From contig CM069160.1 in assembly GCA_035221665.1 (NCBI GenBank), positions 8,556,001-8,620,000 of the forward strand: DNA of 64,000 nt, given 5' to 3'. The DNA is from Okamejei kenojei (taxonomy: Eukaryota). Below the pieces are notes generated by a model that was not told where the DNA came from, did no database searches, and saw only the letters and a program-made list of their open reading frames with translations. The number at the start of each line of letters is the position of its first letter. Position 1 is the stretch's first letter. Below are positions 1-11,728 of this stretch, one piece after another. A program made the translations under genes and the position numbers.

Positions 1-235
1 GGGTGCCCTATGGAGACAGCATATTTTACAGATCCTTTCGATAGTGGGAAGGTCAGTACCCATGATGGATCGAGCAGTGTCTACCACTCTCTATAATCTC
101 CTCCATTATTATGCATCAAGTTGCCAAACCTGGCCGTGATGCAACCAGTCAATATGGTCCCCTCCGTACACCTGTAGAAGTTGAAGAGCACACTAGCTGA
201 CCTGCCGAATCACCTCAATCTTCCAAGGAAGTAGA
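1..235 (-). mobile_element. Old LINE relic (Rex1/Babar- or L2-like ORF2 C-terminus) in the long spacer; repeated at ~3570-3800 and ~10175-10410
   Basis: The minus strand reads as a degenerate 'LYFL.RLR.FG...NFYRC....LTGCITA.FGN' segment, typical of the C-terminus of these LINE ORF2 proteins. Confidence 0.6.
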
Positions 236-834
236 GTCTTGTGGACACAAGGAACTGCAGATGCTGGAATCTTGCGAAGAACACAATGTGCTGGAGTAAT
301 TCAGTGGGGCGGGCATCAAATCCGGAGAAGATGGAAAGGTGATGTTTCTGGTTGCGACCCTTCTACTCAGAGAGAAGAGGTGGTGGTGGGCTTTATTTGT
401 GATCACATCGTAGTGCCGGGCCTAGGACAGATCCTCACAGATAATACCATCCCAGGAACTTGAAGTTGTTGCCTCTCTGTATCGCAGGCCGACCGGCGTT
501 CCATGTAGTCTCATGACCTCGGTTTAAGGTGTAGAAAGGAACTGCAGATGCTGATCTAAACCAGCACATGTAGTTGCTTCATACACCCGAGTTTAAGGGG
601 TCCATCATGAATTGCATATGGGACCAGGCCTCACCTCGATCTGCTCCAACTGCCGTCACCTCCACCCCACACCCCTCCACTCAATACACCACCCCTCAAA
701 TTCCCACCCCTTCCAACACTCCACACCCCGACCATCATCTCCACCGCTCCCCACACCAATGAGTTCAGAGACTATATTTCATTGGAAGGTTTCCTTTATT
801 GATATGTCAACACCCACCGTGTCACGGTACGTCT

Positions 835-1556
835 TCAGTCTAAATTTCCTGTATTCAGAGGATACAACCTCATCTCGCAGAGGTAGATGCGGGTGACCCA
901 GGAAAGCAGGGCTTGTCCGGGCAATGGCACCTTCTCCCTGGTCACCCGAAAGCCCTGGGCCTGGTTGAGCCGGCTGGCGGGCTGCTGGTCTGTGTAGGTG
1001 TACAGCACGCACTCTCTGAAGCCGTTGTCCCGGGCGAACTCCAGCACCCGGCGGGTCAGTCTGCGGCCCAGGCCTAAGCCCCGGCATCGCCGGTCGACAG
1101 CGAGACGGAGGAGCTGGCAGCATCCCGGCTGTCCCTCGGCCACCTGTGCCGCCACCACCCCTCGCAGCCCACCTACTCTCCCCTCTTCCTCCACCACCCA
1201 GAACCTCGCCCCCGGCCTCCCCATGTACATCCCCTCGATGTCCGCCATGTCCGCCTCCAGCATTTTCCTCAGGTAGTTGGTATAGACCATGCGACAGGCC
1301 AGGTAGAGCAGGGCTAGCAGTGCGGCGACGGTCAGAAACGACCCAGGCCCAGCGCCCGGCTGGCTACGTAGACGGCGGCCCCAGCAACCAGCAGGAGGCA
1401 GGGCGCGGGTGGCGACCGCAGGGCCCGGCGGAAGGCCGGCCAAGGCTGGTCCCAGCTGACCCTCCGAGAATATCCTGCGGGCCTCCGGCGAGTCGCCGGC
1501 CCGGAACGGGCGCACGGTGAATCGGGGTCATCTCCGTCCTTGTGGGCGGCCGCCAT
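835..1556 (-). pseudogene. NAT8: NAT8/camello-like N-acetyltransferase copy 1, frameshifted as assembled
   Basis: Kozak ATG (GACCATGG) at 1556, TGA at 835-837, AATAAA at 795-800 (minus). Relative to copy 2 there is one -1 indel near 1525 and three +1 homopolymer insertions between ~1335 and 1452, which may be consensus errors. The symbol is family-level only. Confidence 0.75.
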
Positions 1557-1834
1557 GGTCCCAGGGAGCCAGAGTGAGATGGAGAAGCTTCGGCCTGAAG
1601 AAAGGACATGCAGGGGAGAGGGGTCCGGATCTGCGGAGAGAGAAAGGTCAATTGAGACAGAGATTCACACGCATCTCCTCTAACCTCATAGAGACAGTGA
1701 GCAGAGAAACAGACACCTCGGCCCAACTGTCCCATGCACACCAGGTCCCATTTACGTAGGTCTCACCTCCCCACATTTTGCCCATATTGCTCCAAACCAT
1801 TCCTATCCATGAACCTGTGTAAATGTGTTTTAAT

Positions 1835-2050
1835 TGTCATCTATAATCTTCGTTTTCCCAATGTGGCTTTCAAAACCTCGGCAAGACAGACAAGGAAACC
1901 GCTTCGTCGAATACTTGCACTCGTTCTGCCAAAACCTGCTGGGTCTCCCAGTTGCTAAACCTTTTAACTCCCCTTCCAATCCCTACTCCACCCATTCTGT
2001 CCCGAGCTTCCTTCTCCGCCCGAGTGAGGCCGCACCCAAACTGCAGGAAC
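1835..2050 (+). mobile_element. Penelope-like element GIY-YIG relic in each NAT8-like intron (best preserved at ~18040-18270)
   Basis: The copy-6 version translates as VIYTIWCSQCGFHYIGQHRLGNRFAEYL...DLPVAKPFDSPS, matching the PLE GIY-YIG endonuclease C-terminus. Confidence 0.8.
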
Positions 2051-4401
2051 AGCATTCCCTTGCACCTGAATCAGGGGACAGCTTCGTCCCCTCTGTTACC
2101 AGGCTTCTGAACAGCCCTTCCATAAGCTGGGGTACAGTCCCGATTCTCCGACTTACACCATTATGGACAATTGTTTTAGAAATAACAGCAGATGCTGGAA
2201 AAATAGAAGGTATGCAAAAATGCAGGAGAAACTCAGCGGGTGCGGCAGCATCGTTTGAGCGAGGGAATATGCAACGTTTCTGGTCGAGACCCTTCTTCAG
2301 ACAATTCGCCTATTCCTTCAGATTACTTCGCCTATTCCATCACTCCGTAGATGCTGTCTCACCCGCTGAGTTTCTCCAGCATGTTTGTCTACCTTTCATT
2401 ATGGACAGTGAACTTTACCTGCAACTGCAGCGCTATGACGCCGAGAACTTTGCACCTTTCTCGTTGCTCTACCTGTCGAGCGAGTTTGGATTGTTTGTAT
2501 ATGTGTCCCCTGTTGCCTGACCTGCTTTGAATGCATGGAGAGAGGGGTGGGCAGGAGGAAGGGTGAGAGGGAGCATGGACTGTGACGATGCGGAGATTGT
2601 GTCGAGACTTACCTACTGGTTGCTCCCCTCTCCTTGAGGACAGTCCAGAGACTGGCTCCCGCTCGATGCTGGTACCGGCATGGAGATGCGACGCTGCTGC
2701 AAGCAATGTTTTCAATGGAGCTGTACCTGTGCAAATGGCAATAATCTCCACTCGATTTGACTATCCCCGCATGATTTAAATTCCCCTGCCATCAAAGGTT
2801 CAAAGGTTCAAAGGTTACTTTATTGGTCACATACACCAATGGGTGTAGTGAAATGTTTCCTGCCAATTCAGGGAAAACGGCTGTGACCGTCCCCCTTGTT
2901 TACGACACTCCTGATTTCATCAACTTATTTCTGATCACTCCATGGAAAATAATCCCAGCCTATCCATCGTATCCATTGGTGCCACATTGGTGATCCATTG
3001 GTACCACAAGCCTCGAGATCCGGCAACAACCTGGTGAATCATTTCTGCATCCTTAGCAGCTCAACGACATCGTTCCCACATCAATGCTCCAAGTGCCTGT
3101 TTCATAACTTCATAAATGATCGGAATAGAATTAGACCATTCGGCCCATCAATTCTACTCCACCATTCAATCGTGGCTGATCCATCTCTCCCTCCTTACCC
3201 CATTCTACCGCATTCTCCCCATAACCCCTCACACTAGTATGATGGTCATTAACTTCTTGTATTTTTTACTATTATATATTCTGTGAGTTATTGGGTTCAC
3301 GGGCCTGTTTGGAATAATTAAGTAATCAAGCATCTTTAATTCTCACTCATACGAAGAATGGATCAATTAAATTCTTACTTGCAAAAGCATAGCGCATCTG
3401 AAAACACAAAACACCTAAATAATCTATAATCTAGCACAAATTATTATGTTGATCACCACAATACATGCAAACAGACACCCAATGTTCTTAATGCAACCAA
3501 AATAATTCAATAGAAGTTCCTAGTTGAGGTTGGTGCAGTGTCGGGTTCATCATCTTGAACCTGACAGGGGTGCCCTATGGAGACAGCATATTTTACAGAT
3601 CCTTTCGATAGTGGGATGGTCAGTACCCATGATGGATCGAGCAGTGTCTACCACTCTCTATAATCTCCTCCATTATTATGCATCAAGTTGCCAAACCTGG
3701 CCGTGATGCAACCAGTCAATATGGTCCCCTCCGTACACCTGTAGAAGTTGAAGAGCACACTAGCTGACCTGCCGAATCACCTCAATCTTCCCAGGAAGTA
3801 GAGTCTTGTGGACACAAGGAACTGCAGATGCTGGAATCTTGCGAGAACACAATGTGCTGGAGTAATTCAGTGGGGGGGGGCATCAAATCCGGAGAAGATG
3901 GAAAGGTGATGTTTCTGGTTGCGACCCTTCTTCTCAGCGAGAAGAGGTGGTGGTGGGCTTTATTTGTGATCACATCGTAGTGCCGGGCCTAGGACAGATC
4001 TTCACAGATAATACCATCCCAGGAACTTGAAGTTGTTGCCTCTCTGTATCGCAGGCCGACCGGCGTTCCATGTAGTCTCATGACCTCGGTTTAAGGTGTA
4101 GAAAGGAACTGCAGATGCTGATCTAAACCAGCACATGTAGTTGCTTCGTACACCCGAGTTTAAGGGGTCCATCATGAATTGCATATGGGACCAGGCCTCA
4201 GCTCGATCTGCTCCAACTGCCGTCACCTCCACCCCACACCCCTCCACTCAATACACCACCCCTCAAATTCCCACCCCTTCCAACACTCCACACCCCGACC
4301 ATCATCTCCACCGCTCCCCACACCAATGAGTTCAGAGACTATATTTCATTGGAAGGTTTCCTTTATTGATATGTCAACAGCCACCGTGTCACGGTACGTC
4401 T

Positions 4402-5121
4402 TCAGTCTAAATTTCCTGTATTCAGAGGATACAACCTCATCTCGCAGAGGTAGATGCGGGTGACCCAGGAAAGCAGGGCTTGTCCGGGCAATGGCACCTT
4501 ATCCCTGGTCACCCGAAAGCCCTGGGCCTGGTAGAGCCGGCTGGCGGGCTGCTGGTCTGTGTAGGTGTACAGCACGCACTCTCTGAAGCCGTTGTCCCGG
4601 GCGAAATCCAGCACCCGGCGGGTCAGTCTGCGGCCCAGGCCTAAGCCCCGGCATCGCCGGTCGACAGAGAGGCGGAGGAGCTGGCAGCATCCCGGCTGTC
4701 CCTCGGCCGTCTGCGCCGCCACCACCCCCCGCAGCCCACCGCCTCCCCCCTGCTCCTCCACCACCCAGAACCCCGCCCCCGGCCTCCCCATGTACGTCCC
4801 CTCGATGTCCGCCATGTCCGCCTCCAGCATTTTCCTCAGGTAGTTGGTATAGACCATGCGACAGGCCAGGTAGAGCAGGGCTAGCAGTGCGGCGACGGTC
4901 AGAACGACCCAGGCCAGCGCCCGGCTGGCTACGTTGACGGCGGCCCCAGCAACCAGCAGGAGGCAGGGCGCGGGTGGCGACCGCAGGGCCCGGCGGAAGG
5001 CCGGCCAAGGCTGGTCCAGCTGACCCTCCGAGAATATCCTGCGGGCCTCCGGCGAGTCGCCGGCCCGGAACGGGCGCACGGTGAAGCGGGGACCATCTCC
5101 GTCCTTGTGGGCGGCCGCCAT
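4402..5121 (-). CDS. NAT8: NAT8/camello-like membrane-anchored GNAT N-acetyltransferase copy 2 (239 aa, intact)
   Basis: MAAAHKDGDGPRFTVRPFRAGDS..., a long hydrophobic segment, DMADIE..YM.RPG.GFWVVE, motif A 'LSVDRRCRGLGLGRRL', FARDNGF and 'A.RLYQAQGF', all colinear with NAT8/Cml proteins. Kozak ACCATGG. Acceptor ttcttcag at 5159-5161, donor GTAAGT at 6167, AATAAA ~35 nt past the stop. The longer ORF-track start lies in the intron. Confidence 0.92.
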   Translation of the reverse strand: MAAAHKDGDGPRFTVRPFRAGDSPEARRIFSEGQLDQPWPAFRRALRSPPAPCLLLVAGAAVNVASRALAWVVLTVAALLALLYLACRMVYTNYLRKMLEADMADIEGTYMGRPGAGFWVVEEQGGGGGLRGVVAAQTAEGQPGCCQLLRLSVDRRCRGLGLGRRLTRRVLDFARDNGFRECVLYTYTDQQPASRLYQAQGFRVTRDKVPLPGQALLSWVTRIYLCEMRLYPLNTGNLD

Positions 5122-6167
5122 GGTCCGGGGAGCCAGAGTGAGATGGAGAAGCTTCGGCCTGAAGAACGACATGCAGGGGAGAGGGGTCCGGATCTGCGGA
5201 GAGAGAAAGGTCAATTGAGACAGAGATTCACATGCATCTCCTCTAACCTCATAGAGACAGTGAGCAGAGAAACAGACCCCTCGGCCCAACTGTCCCATGC
5301 ACACCAGGTCCCATTTACGTAGGTCCCACCTCCCCACATTTTGCCCATATTGCTCCAAACCATTCCTATCCATGAACCTGTGTAAATGTGTTTTAATTGT
5401 CATCTATAATGTTCGTTTTCCCTATGTGGCTTTCAAAACCTCGGCAAGACAGACAAGGAAACCGCTTCGTCGAATACTTGCACTCGGTCTGCCAAAACCT
5501 GCTGGGTCTCCCAGTTGCTAAACCTTTTAACTCCCCTTCCAATCCCTACTCCACCTTTTCTGTCCCGAGCTTCCTTCTCCGCCCGAGTGAGGCCGCACTC
5601 AAACTGCAGAAACAACCTCTTGCACCTGAATCAGGGGACAACTTCGTCCCCTCTGTTACCAGGCTTCTGAACAGCCCTTCCATAAGCTGGGGTACAGTCC
5701 CGATTCTCCGACATATCTCATTATGGACAATTGTTTCAGAAAGAACGGCAGATGCTGGAAAAATAGAAGGTATGCAAAAATGCTGGAGGAACTCAGCGGG
5801 TGCGGCAGCATCGTTTGAGCGAGGGAATATGCAACGTTTCTGGTCGAGACCCTTCTTCAGACAATTCACCTATTTCTTCAGATTACTTCGCCTATTCCAT
5901 CGCTCTGTAGATGCTGCCTCACCCGCTGTTTCTCCAGCATGTTTGTCTACCTTTCATTATGGACAGAGAACTTTACCTGCAACTCCAGCGCGATGACGCC
6001 GAGAACTCTGCACCTTTCTCGTTGCTCTACCCGTCGAGCGAGTTTGGATTGTTTGTATATGTGTCCCCTGTTGCCTGACCTGCTTTGAATGCATGGATAG
6101 GGGGTGGGCAGGAGGAAGGGTGAGAGGGAGCAGGGACTGTGACGATGCTGTGTGTGTCGAGACTTAC

Positions 6168-6235
6168 CTACCGGTTGCTCCCCACTCCTTGAGGACAGTC
6201 CAGAGACTGGCTCCCGCTCGATGCTGGTACCCTGG
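6168..6235 (-). other. Putative non-coding 5' exon of NAT8-like copy 2 (equivalent donors at 2612, 9214, 12781, 15791, 20002, 21126)
   Basis: AG|GTAAGT donor is conserved in these units and appears as AG|GTGAGT in the divergent copy 8. The 5' boundary is unknown. Confidence 0.65.
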
Positions 6236-7446
6236 CATGGAGATGTGACGCAGCTGCAAGCAATGTTTTCAATGGAGCTGTACCTGTGCAAATGGCAATA
6301 ATCTCCACTCGATTTGACTATCCCCGCATGATGTAAATTCCCCTGCCATCAAAGGTTCAAAGGTTCAAAGGTTATTTTATTGGTCAAATACACCAATGGG
6401 TGTAGTGAAATGTTTCCTGCCAATTCAGGAAAAGTAGAGAGGAAAGTAGAAAGGTACATTGAAAGTAAAAGCTCAACTAGGCAACTTCTATTGAATGAAT
6501 TTAGACCATTGCCCTCAGAACATTCAATCGGGCTGAGTGTTTGCATGTGTTGATGGGTGATTAATTTTATTAATTTGTGTTTGATTATAGATTATTTATG
6601 TGTTTTGTGTTGCATAGAATATAGGTGCAGAAAGGAGGCCATTCAGCACCGCCATTCATTGTGATCATGGCTGATCGTCCGCTATCAATAACCCGTGCCT
6701 GCCTTCTCCCCCTATCCCTTGATTCCACAAGCCCCTGGAGCTCTATCCAACTCTCTCTAAAAACCTTCAGGTGATTTGGCCTCCACTGCCCTCTGTGGCA
6801 GGGAATTCCATAAATTCACAACTCTCTGGGTACTCCCAGGAAGTAGAGTCTTGTGGACACAAGGAACTGCAGATGCTGGAATCTTGCGTAGAACACAATG
6901 TGCTGGAGTAATTCAGTGGGTCAGGCATCAAATCCGGAGAAGATGGAAAGGTGATGTTTCTGGTTGCGACCCTTCTACTCAGAGAGAAGAGGTGGTGGTG
7001 GGCTTTATTTGTGATCACATCGTAGTGCGGCCTAGACAGATCTTCACAGATAATACCATCCCAGGAACTTGAAGTTGTTGCCTCTCTGTATCGCAGGCCG
7101 ACCGGCGTTCCATGTAGTCTCATGACCTCGGTTTAAGGTGTAGAAAGGAACTGCAGATGCTGATCTAAACCAGCACATGTAGTTGCTTCATACACCCGAG
7201 TTTAAGGGGTCCATCATGAATTGTATATGGGACAGGCCTCACTCGATCTGCTCCAACTGCCGTCACCTCCACCCCACACCCCTCCACTCAATACACCACC
7301 CCTCAAATTCCCACCCCTTCCAACACTCCACACCCCGACCATCATCTCCACCGCTCCCCACACCAATGAGTTCAGAGACTATATTTCATTGGAAGGTTTC
7401 CTTTATTGATATGTCAACACCCACCGTGTCACGGTACGTATTCAGT

Positions 7447-8163
7447 CTAAATGTTTCCTGTATTCAGAGGATACAACCTCATCTCACAGATGTAGATGCG
7501 GGTGACCCAGGAAAGCAGGGCTTGTCCGGGCAATGGCACCTTATCCCTGGTCACCCGAAAGCCCTGGGCCTGGTAGAGCCGGCTGGCGGGCTGCTGGTCT
7601 GTGTAGGTGTACAGCACGCACTCTCTGAAGCCGTTGTCCCGGGCGAAATCCAGCACCCGGCGGGTCAGTCTGCGGCCCAGGCCTAAGCCCCGGCATCGCC
7701 GGTCGACAGAGAGGCGGAGGAGCTGGCAGCATCCCGGCTGTCCCTCGGCCGCCTGTGCCGCCACCACCCCTCGCAGCCCACCTACTCTCCCCTCTTCCTC
7801 CACCACCCAGAACCCCGCCCCCGGCCTCCCCATGTACATCCCCTCGATGTCCGCCATGTCCGCCTCCAGCATTTTCCTCAGGTAGTTGGTATAGACCATG
7901 CGACAGGCCAGATAGAGCAGGGCTAGCAGTGCGGCGACGGTCAGAACGACCCAGGCCAGCGCCCGGCTGGCTACGTTGACGGCGGCCCCAGCAACCAGCA
8001 GGAGGCAGGGCGCGGGTGGCGACCGCAGGGCCCGGCGGAAGGCCGGCCAAGGCTGGTCCAGCTGACCCTCCGAGAATATCCTGCGGGCCTCCGGCGAGTC
8101 GCCGGCCCGGAACGGGCGCACGGTGAAGCGGGGACCATCTCCGGCCTTGTGGGCGGCCGCCAT
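7447..8163 (-). CDS. NAT8: NAT8-like N-acetyltransferase copy 3 (238 aa, intact except last codons)
   Basis: Uninterrupted ORF from the Kozak ATG at 8163 with the same motifs as copy 2. A small insertion near the stop changes the C-terminus to ...GNI. Confidence 0.9.
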   Translation of the reverse strand: MAAAHKAGDGPRFTVRPFRAGDSPEARRIFSEGQLDQPWPAFRRALRSPPAPCLLLVAGAAVNVASRALAWVVLTVAALLALLYLACRMVYTNYLRKMLEADMADIEGMYMGRPGAGFWVVEEEGRVGGLRGVVAAQAAEGQPGCCQLLRLSVDRRCRGLGLGRRLTRRVLDFARDNGFRECVLYTYTDQQPASRLYQAQGFRVTRDKVPLPGQALLSWVTRIYICEMRLYPLNTGNI

Positions 8164-11008
8164 GGTCCAGGGAGCCAGAGTGAGATGGAGAAGCTTCGGC
8201 CTGAAGAAGGACATGCAGGGGAGAGGGGTCCGGATCTGCGGAGAGAGAAAGGTCAATTGAGACAGAGATTCACACGCATCTCCTCTAACCTCATAGAGAC
8301 AGTGAGCAGAGAAACAGACCCCTCGGCCCAACTGTCCCATGCACACCAGGTCCCATTTACGTAGGTCTCACCTCCCCACATTTTGCCCATATTGCTCCAA
8401 ACCATTCCTATCCATGAACCTGTGTAAATGTGTTTTAATTGTCATCTATAATCTTCGTTTTCCCAATGTGGCTTTCAAAACCTCGGCAAGACAGACAAGG
8501 AAACCGCTTCGTCGAATACTTGCACTCGTTCTGCCAAAACCTGCTGGGTCTCCCAGTTGCTAAACCTTTTAACTCCCCTTCCAATCCCTACTCCACCTTT
8601 TCTGTCCCGAGCTTCCTTCTCCGCCCGAGTGAGGCCGCACTCAAACTGCAGGAACAACAGTCTCTTGCACCTGAATCAGGGGACAACTTCGTCCCCTCTG
8701 TTACCAGGCTTCTGAACAGCCCTTCCATAAGCTGGGGTACAGTCCCGATTCTCCGACATATCTCATTATGGACAATTGTTTTAGAAAGAACGGCAGATGC
8801 TGGAAAAATAGAAGGTATGCAAAAATGCTGGAGGAACTCAGCGGGTGCGGCAGCATCGTTTGAGCGAGGGAATATGCAACGTTTCTGGTCGAGACCCTTC
8901 TTCAGACAATTCGCCTATTCCTTCAGATTACTTCGCCTATTCCATCGCTCTGTAGATGCTGCCTCACCCGCTGTTTCTCCAGCATGTTTGTCTACCTTTC
9001 ATTATGGACAGTGAACTTTACCTGCAACTGCAGCGCTATGACGCCGAGAACTCTGTACCTTTCTCGTTGCTCTACCTGTCGAGCGAGTTTGGATTGTTTG
9101 TATATGTGTCCCCTGTTGCCTGACCTGCTTTGAATGCATGGGGAGGGGGTGGGCAGGAGGAAGGGTGAGAGGGAGCAGGGACTGTGACGATGCTGTGAGT
9201 GTGTCGAGACTTACCTACTGGTTGCTCCCCTCTCCTTGAGGACAGTCCAGAGACAGGCTCCCGCTCGATGCTGGTACCGGCATGGGGATGTGACGCTGCT
9301 GCAAGCAATGTTTTCAATGGAGCTGCACCGCACCGTACCTGTGCAAATGGCAATAATCTCCACTCGATTTGACTATCCCCGCATGATTTAAATTCCCCTG
9401 CCATCAAAGGTTCAAAGGTTCAAATGTTATTTTATTCGTCACATACACCAATGGGTGTAGTGAAATGTTTTCTGCCAATTCAGGGAAAACGGCTTTGACC
9501 GTCCCCCTTGTTTACGACACTCCTGATTTCATCAACTTATTTCTGATCACCCCTAAGGCTCATTCACTCCATGGAAAATAATCCCAGCCTATCCATCCAA
9601 TCCTGGTACCACAAGCCCTCGAGATCCGGCAACAACCTGGTGAATCATTTCTGCATCCTTAGCAGCTCAACGACATCGTTCCCACATCAATGCTCCAAGT
9701 GCCTGTTTCATAACTTCATAAATGATCGGAGTAGAATTAGACCATTCGGCCCATCAATTCTACTCCACCATTCAATCGTGGCTGATCCATCTCTCCCTCC
9801 TTACCCCATTCTACCGCATTCTCCCCATAACCCCTCACACTAGTATGATGGTCATTAACTTCTTGTATTTTTTACTATTATATATTCTGTGAGTTATTGG
9901 GTTCACGGGCCTGTTTGGAATAATTAAGTTATCAAGCGTCTTTAATTCTCACTCATACGGAGAATGGATCAATTAAATTCTTACTTGCAAAAGCATAGCG
10001 CATCTGAAAACACAAAACACCTAAATAATCTATAATCTAACACAAATTATTATGTTGATCACCACAATACATGCAAACAGACACCCAATGTTCTTAATGC
10101 AACTAAAATCATTCAATAGAAGTTCCTAGTTGAGGTTGGTGCAGTGTCGGGTTCATCATCCTGAACCTGACAGGGGTGCCCTATGGAGACAGCATATTTT
10201 ACAGATCCTTTCGATAGTGGGAAGGTCAGTACCCATGATGGATCGAGCAGTGTCTACCACTCTCTATAATCTCCTCCATTATTATGCATTACCTGTTGCC
10301 AAACCTGGCCGTGATGCAACCCGTCAATATGTTCCCCTCCGTACACCTGTAGAAGTTGAAGAGCACACTAGCTGACCTGCCGTATCACCTCAATCTTCCC
10401 AGGAAGTAGAGTCTTGTGGACACAAGGAACTGCAGATGCTGGAATCTTGCGTAGAACACAATGTGCTGGAGTAATTCAGTGGGGCAGGCATCAAATCCGG
10501 AGAAGATGGAAAGGTGATGTTTCTGGTTGCGACCCTTCTACTCAGAGAGAAGAGGTGGTGGTGGGCTTTATTTGTGATCACATCGTAGTGCCGGGCCTAG
10601 GACAGATCTTCACAGATAATACCATCCCAGGAACTTGAAGTTGTTGCCTCTCTGTATCGCAGGCCGACCGGCGTTCCATGTAGTTTCATGACCTCGGTTT
10701 AAGGTGTAGAAAGGAACTGCAGATGCTGATCTAAACCAGCACATGTAGTTGCTTCGTACACCCGAGTTTAAGGGGTCCATCATGAATTGCATATGGGACC
10801 AGGCCTCACCTCGATCTGCTCCAACTGCCGTCACCTCCACCCACACCCCTCCACTCAATACACCACCCCTCAAATTCCCACCCCTTCCAACACTCCACAC
10901 CCCGACCATCATCTCCACCGCTCCCCACACCAATGAGTTCAGAGACTATATTTCATTGGAAGGTTTCCTTTATTGATATGTCAACAGCCACCGTGTCACG
11001 GTACCTCT

Positions 11009-11728
11009 TCAGTGTAAATTCCCTGTATTCAGAGGATACAACCTCATCTCGCAGAGGTAGATGCGGGTGACCCAGGAAAGCAGGGCTTGTCCGGGCAATG
11101 GCACCTTATCCCTGGTCACCCGAAAGCCCTGGGCCTGGTAGAGCCGGCTGGCGGGCTGCTGGTCTGTGTAGGTGTACAGCACGCACTCTCCGAAGCCGTT
11201 GTCCCGGGCGAACTCCAGCACCCGGCGGGTCAGTCTGCGGCCCAGGCCTAAGCCCCGGCATCGCCGGTCGACAGCGAGACGGAGGAGCTGGCAGCATCCC
11301 GGCTGTCCCTCGGCCGCCTGTGCCGCCACCACTCCTCGCAGTCCACCTACTCTCCCCTCTTCCTCCACCACCAGGAACCCCGCCCCCGGCCTCCCCATGT
11401 ACGTCCCCTCGATGTCCACCATGTCCGCCTCCAGCATTTTCCTCAGGTAGTTGGTATAGACCATGCGACAGGCCAGGTAGAGCAGGGCTAGCAGTGCGGC
11501 GACGGTCAGAACGACCCAGGCCAGCGCCCGGCTGGCTACGTAGACGGCGGCCCCAGCAACCAGCAGGAGGCAGGGCGCGGGTGGCGACCGCAGGGCCCGG
11601 CGGAAGGCCGGCCAAGGCTGGTCCAGCTGACCCTCCGAGAATATCCTGCGGGCGTCCGGCGAGTCGCCGGCCCGGAACGGGCGCACGGTGAAGCGGGGAC
11701 CATCTCCGGCCTTGTGGGCGGCCGCCAT
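11009..11728 (-). CDS. NAT8: NAT8-like N-acetyltransferase copy 4 (239 aa, intact; FWV->FLV)
   Basis: Uninterrupted 720-nt ORF from the Kozak ATG at 11728. GNAT motif A reads 'LAVDRRCRGLGLG'. Confidence 0.9.
   Translation of the reverse strand: MAAAHKAGDGPRFTVRPFRAGDSPDARRIFSEGQLDQPWPAFRRALRSPPAPCLLLVAGAAVYVASRALAWVVLTVAALLALLYLACRMVYTNYLRKMLEADMVDIEGTYMGRPGAGFLVVEEEGRVGGLRGVVAAQAAEGQPGCCQLLRLAVDRRCRGLGLGRRLTRRVLEFARDNGFGECVLYTYTDQQPASRLYQAQGFRVTRDKVPLPGQALLSWVTRIYLCEMRLYPLNTGNLH

Noticed and set aside
998-1520. Overlapping antisense and alternative-frame Pro/Arg-rich ORFs in each unit
   Set aside because: These are shadows of a very GC-rich exon, and recurrence reflects the duplication only.
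1834-2520. 228-aa + strand ORF repeated in the units
   Set aside because: It is a patchwork of Penelope, LINE and terminal-repeat relics, and its length varies between copies.
5122-5403. N-terminal extensions of the NAT8-like ORFs (300-333 aa versions, including the MSFFRPK start)
   Set aside because: They run through the conserved acceptor into SINE-derived intron. The Kozak ATG and NAT8 homology start at MAAAH.
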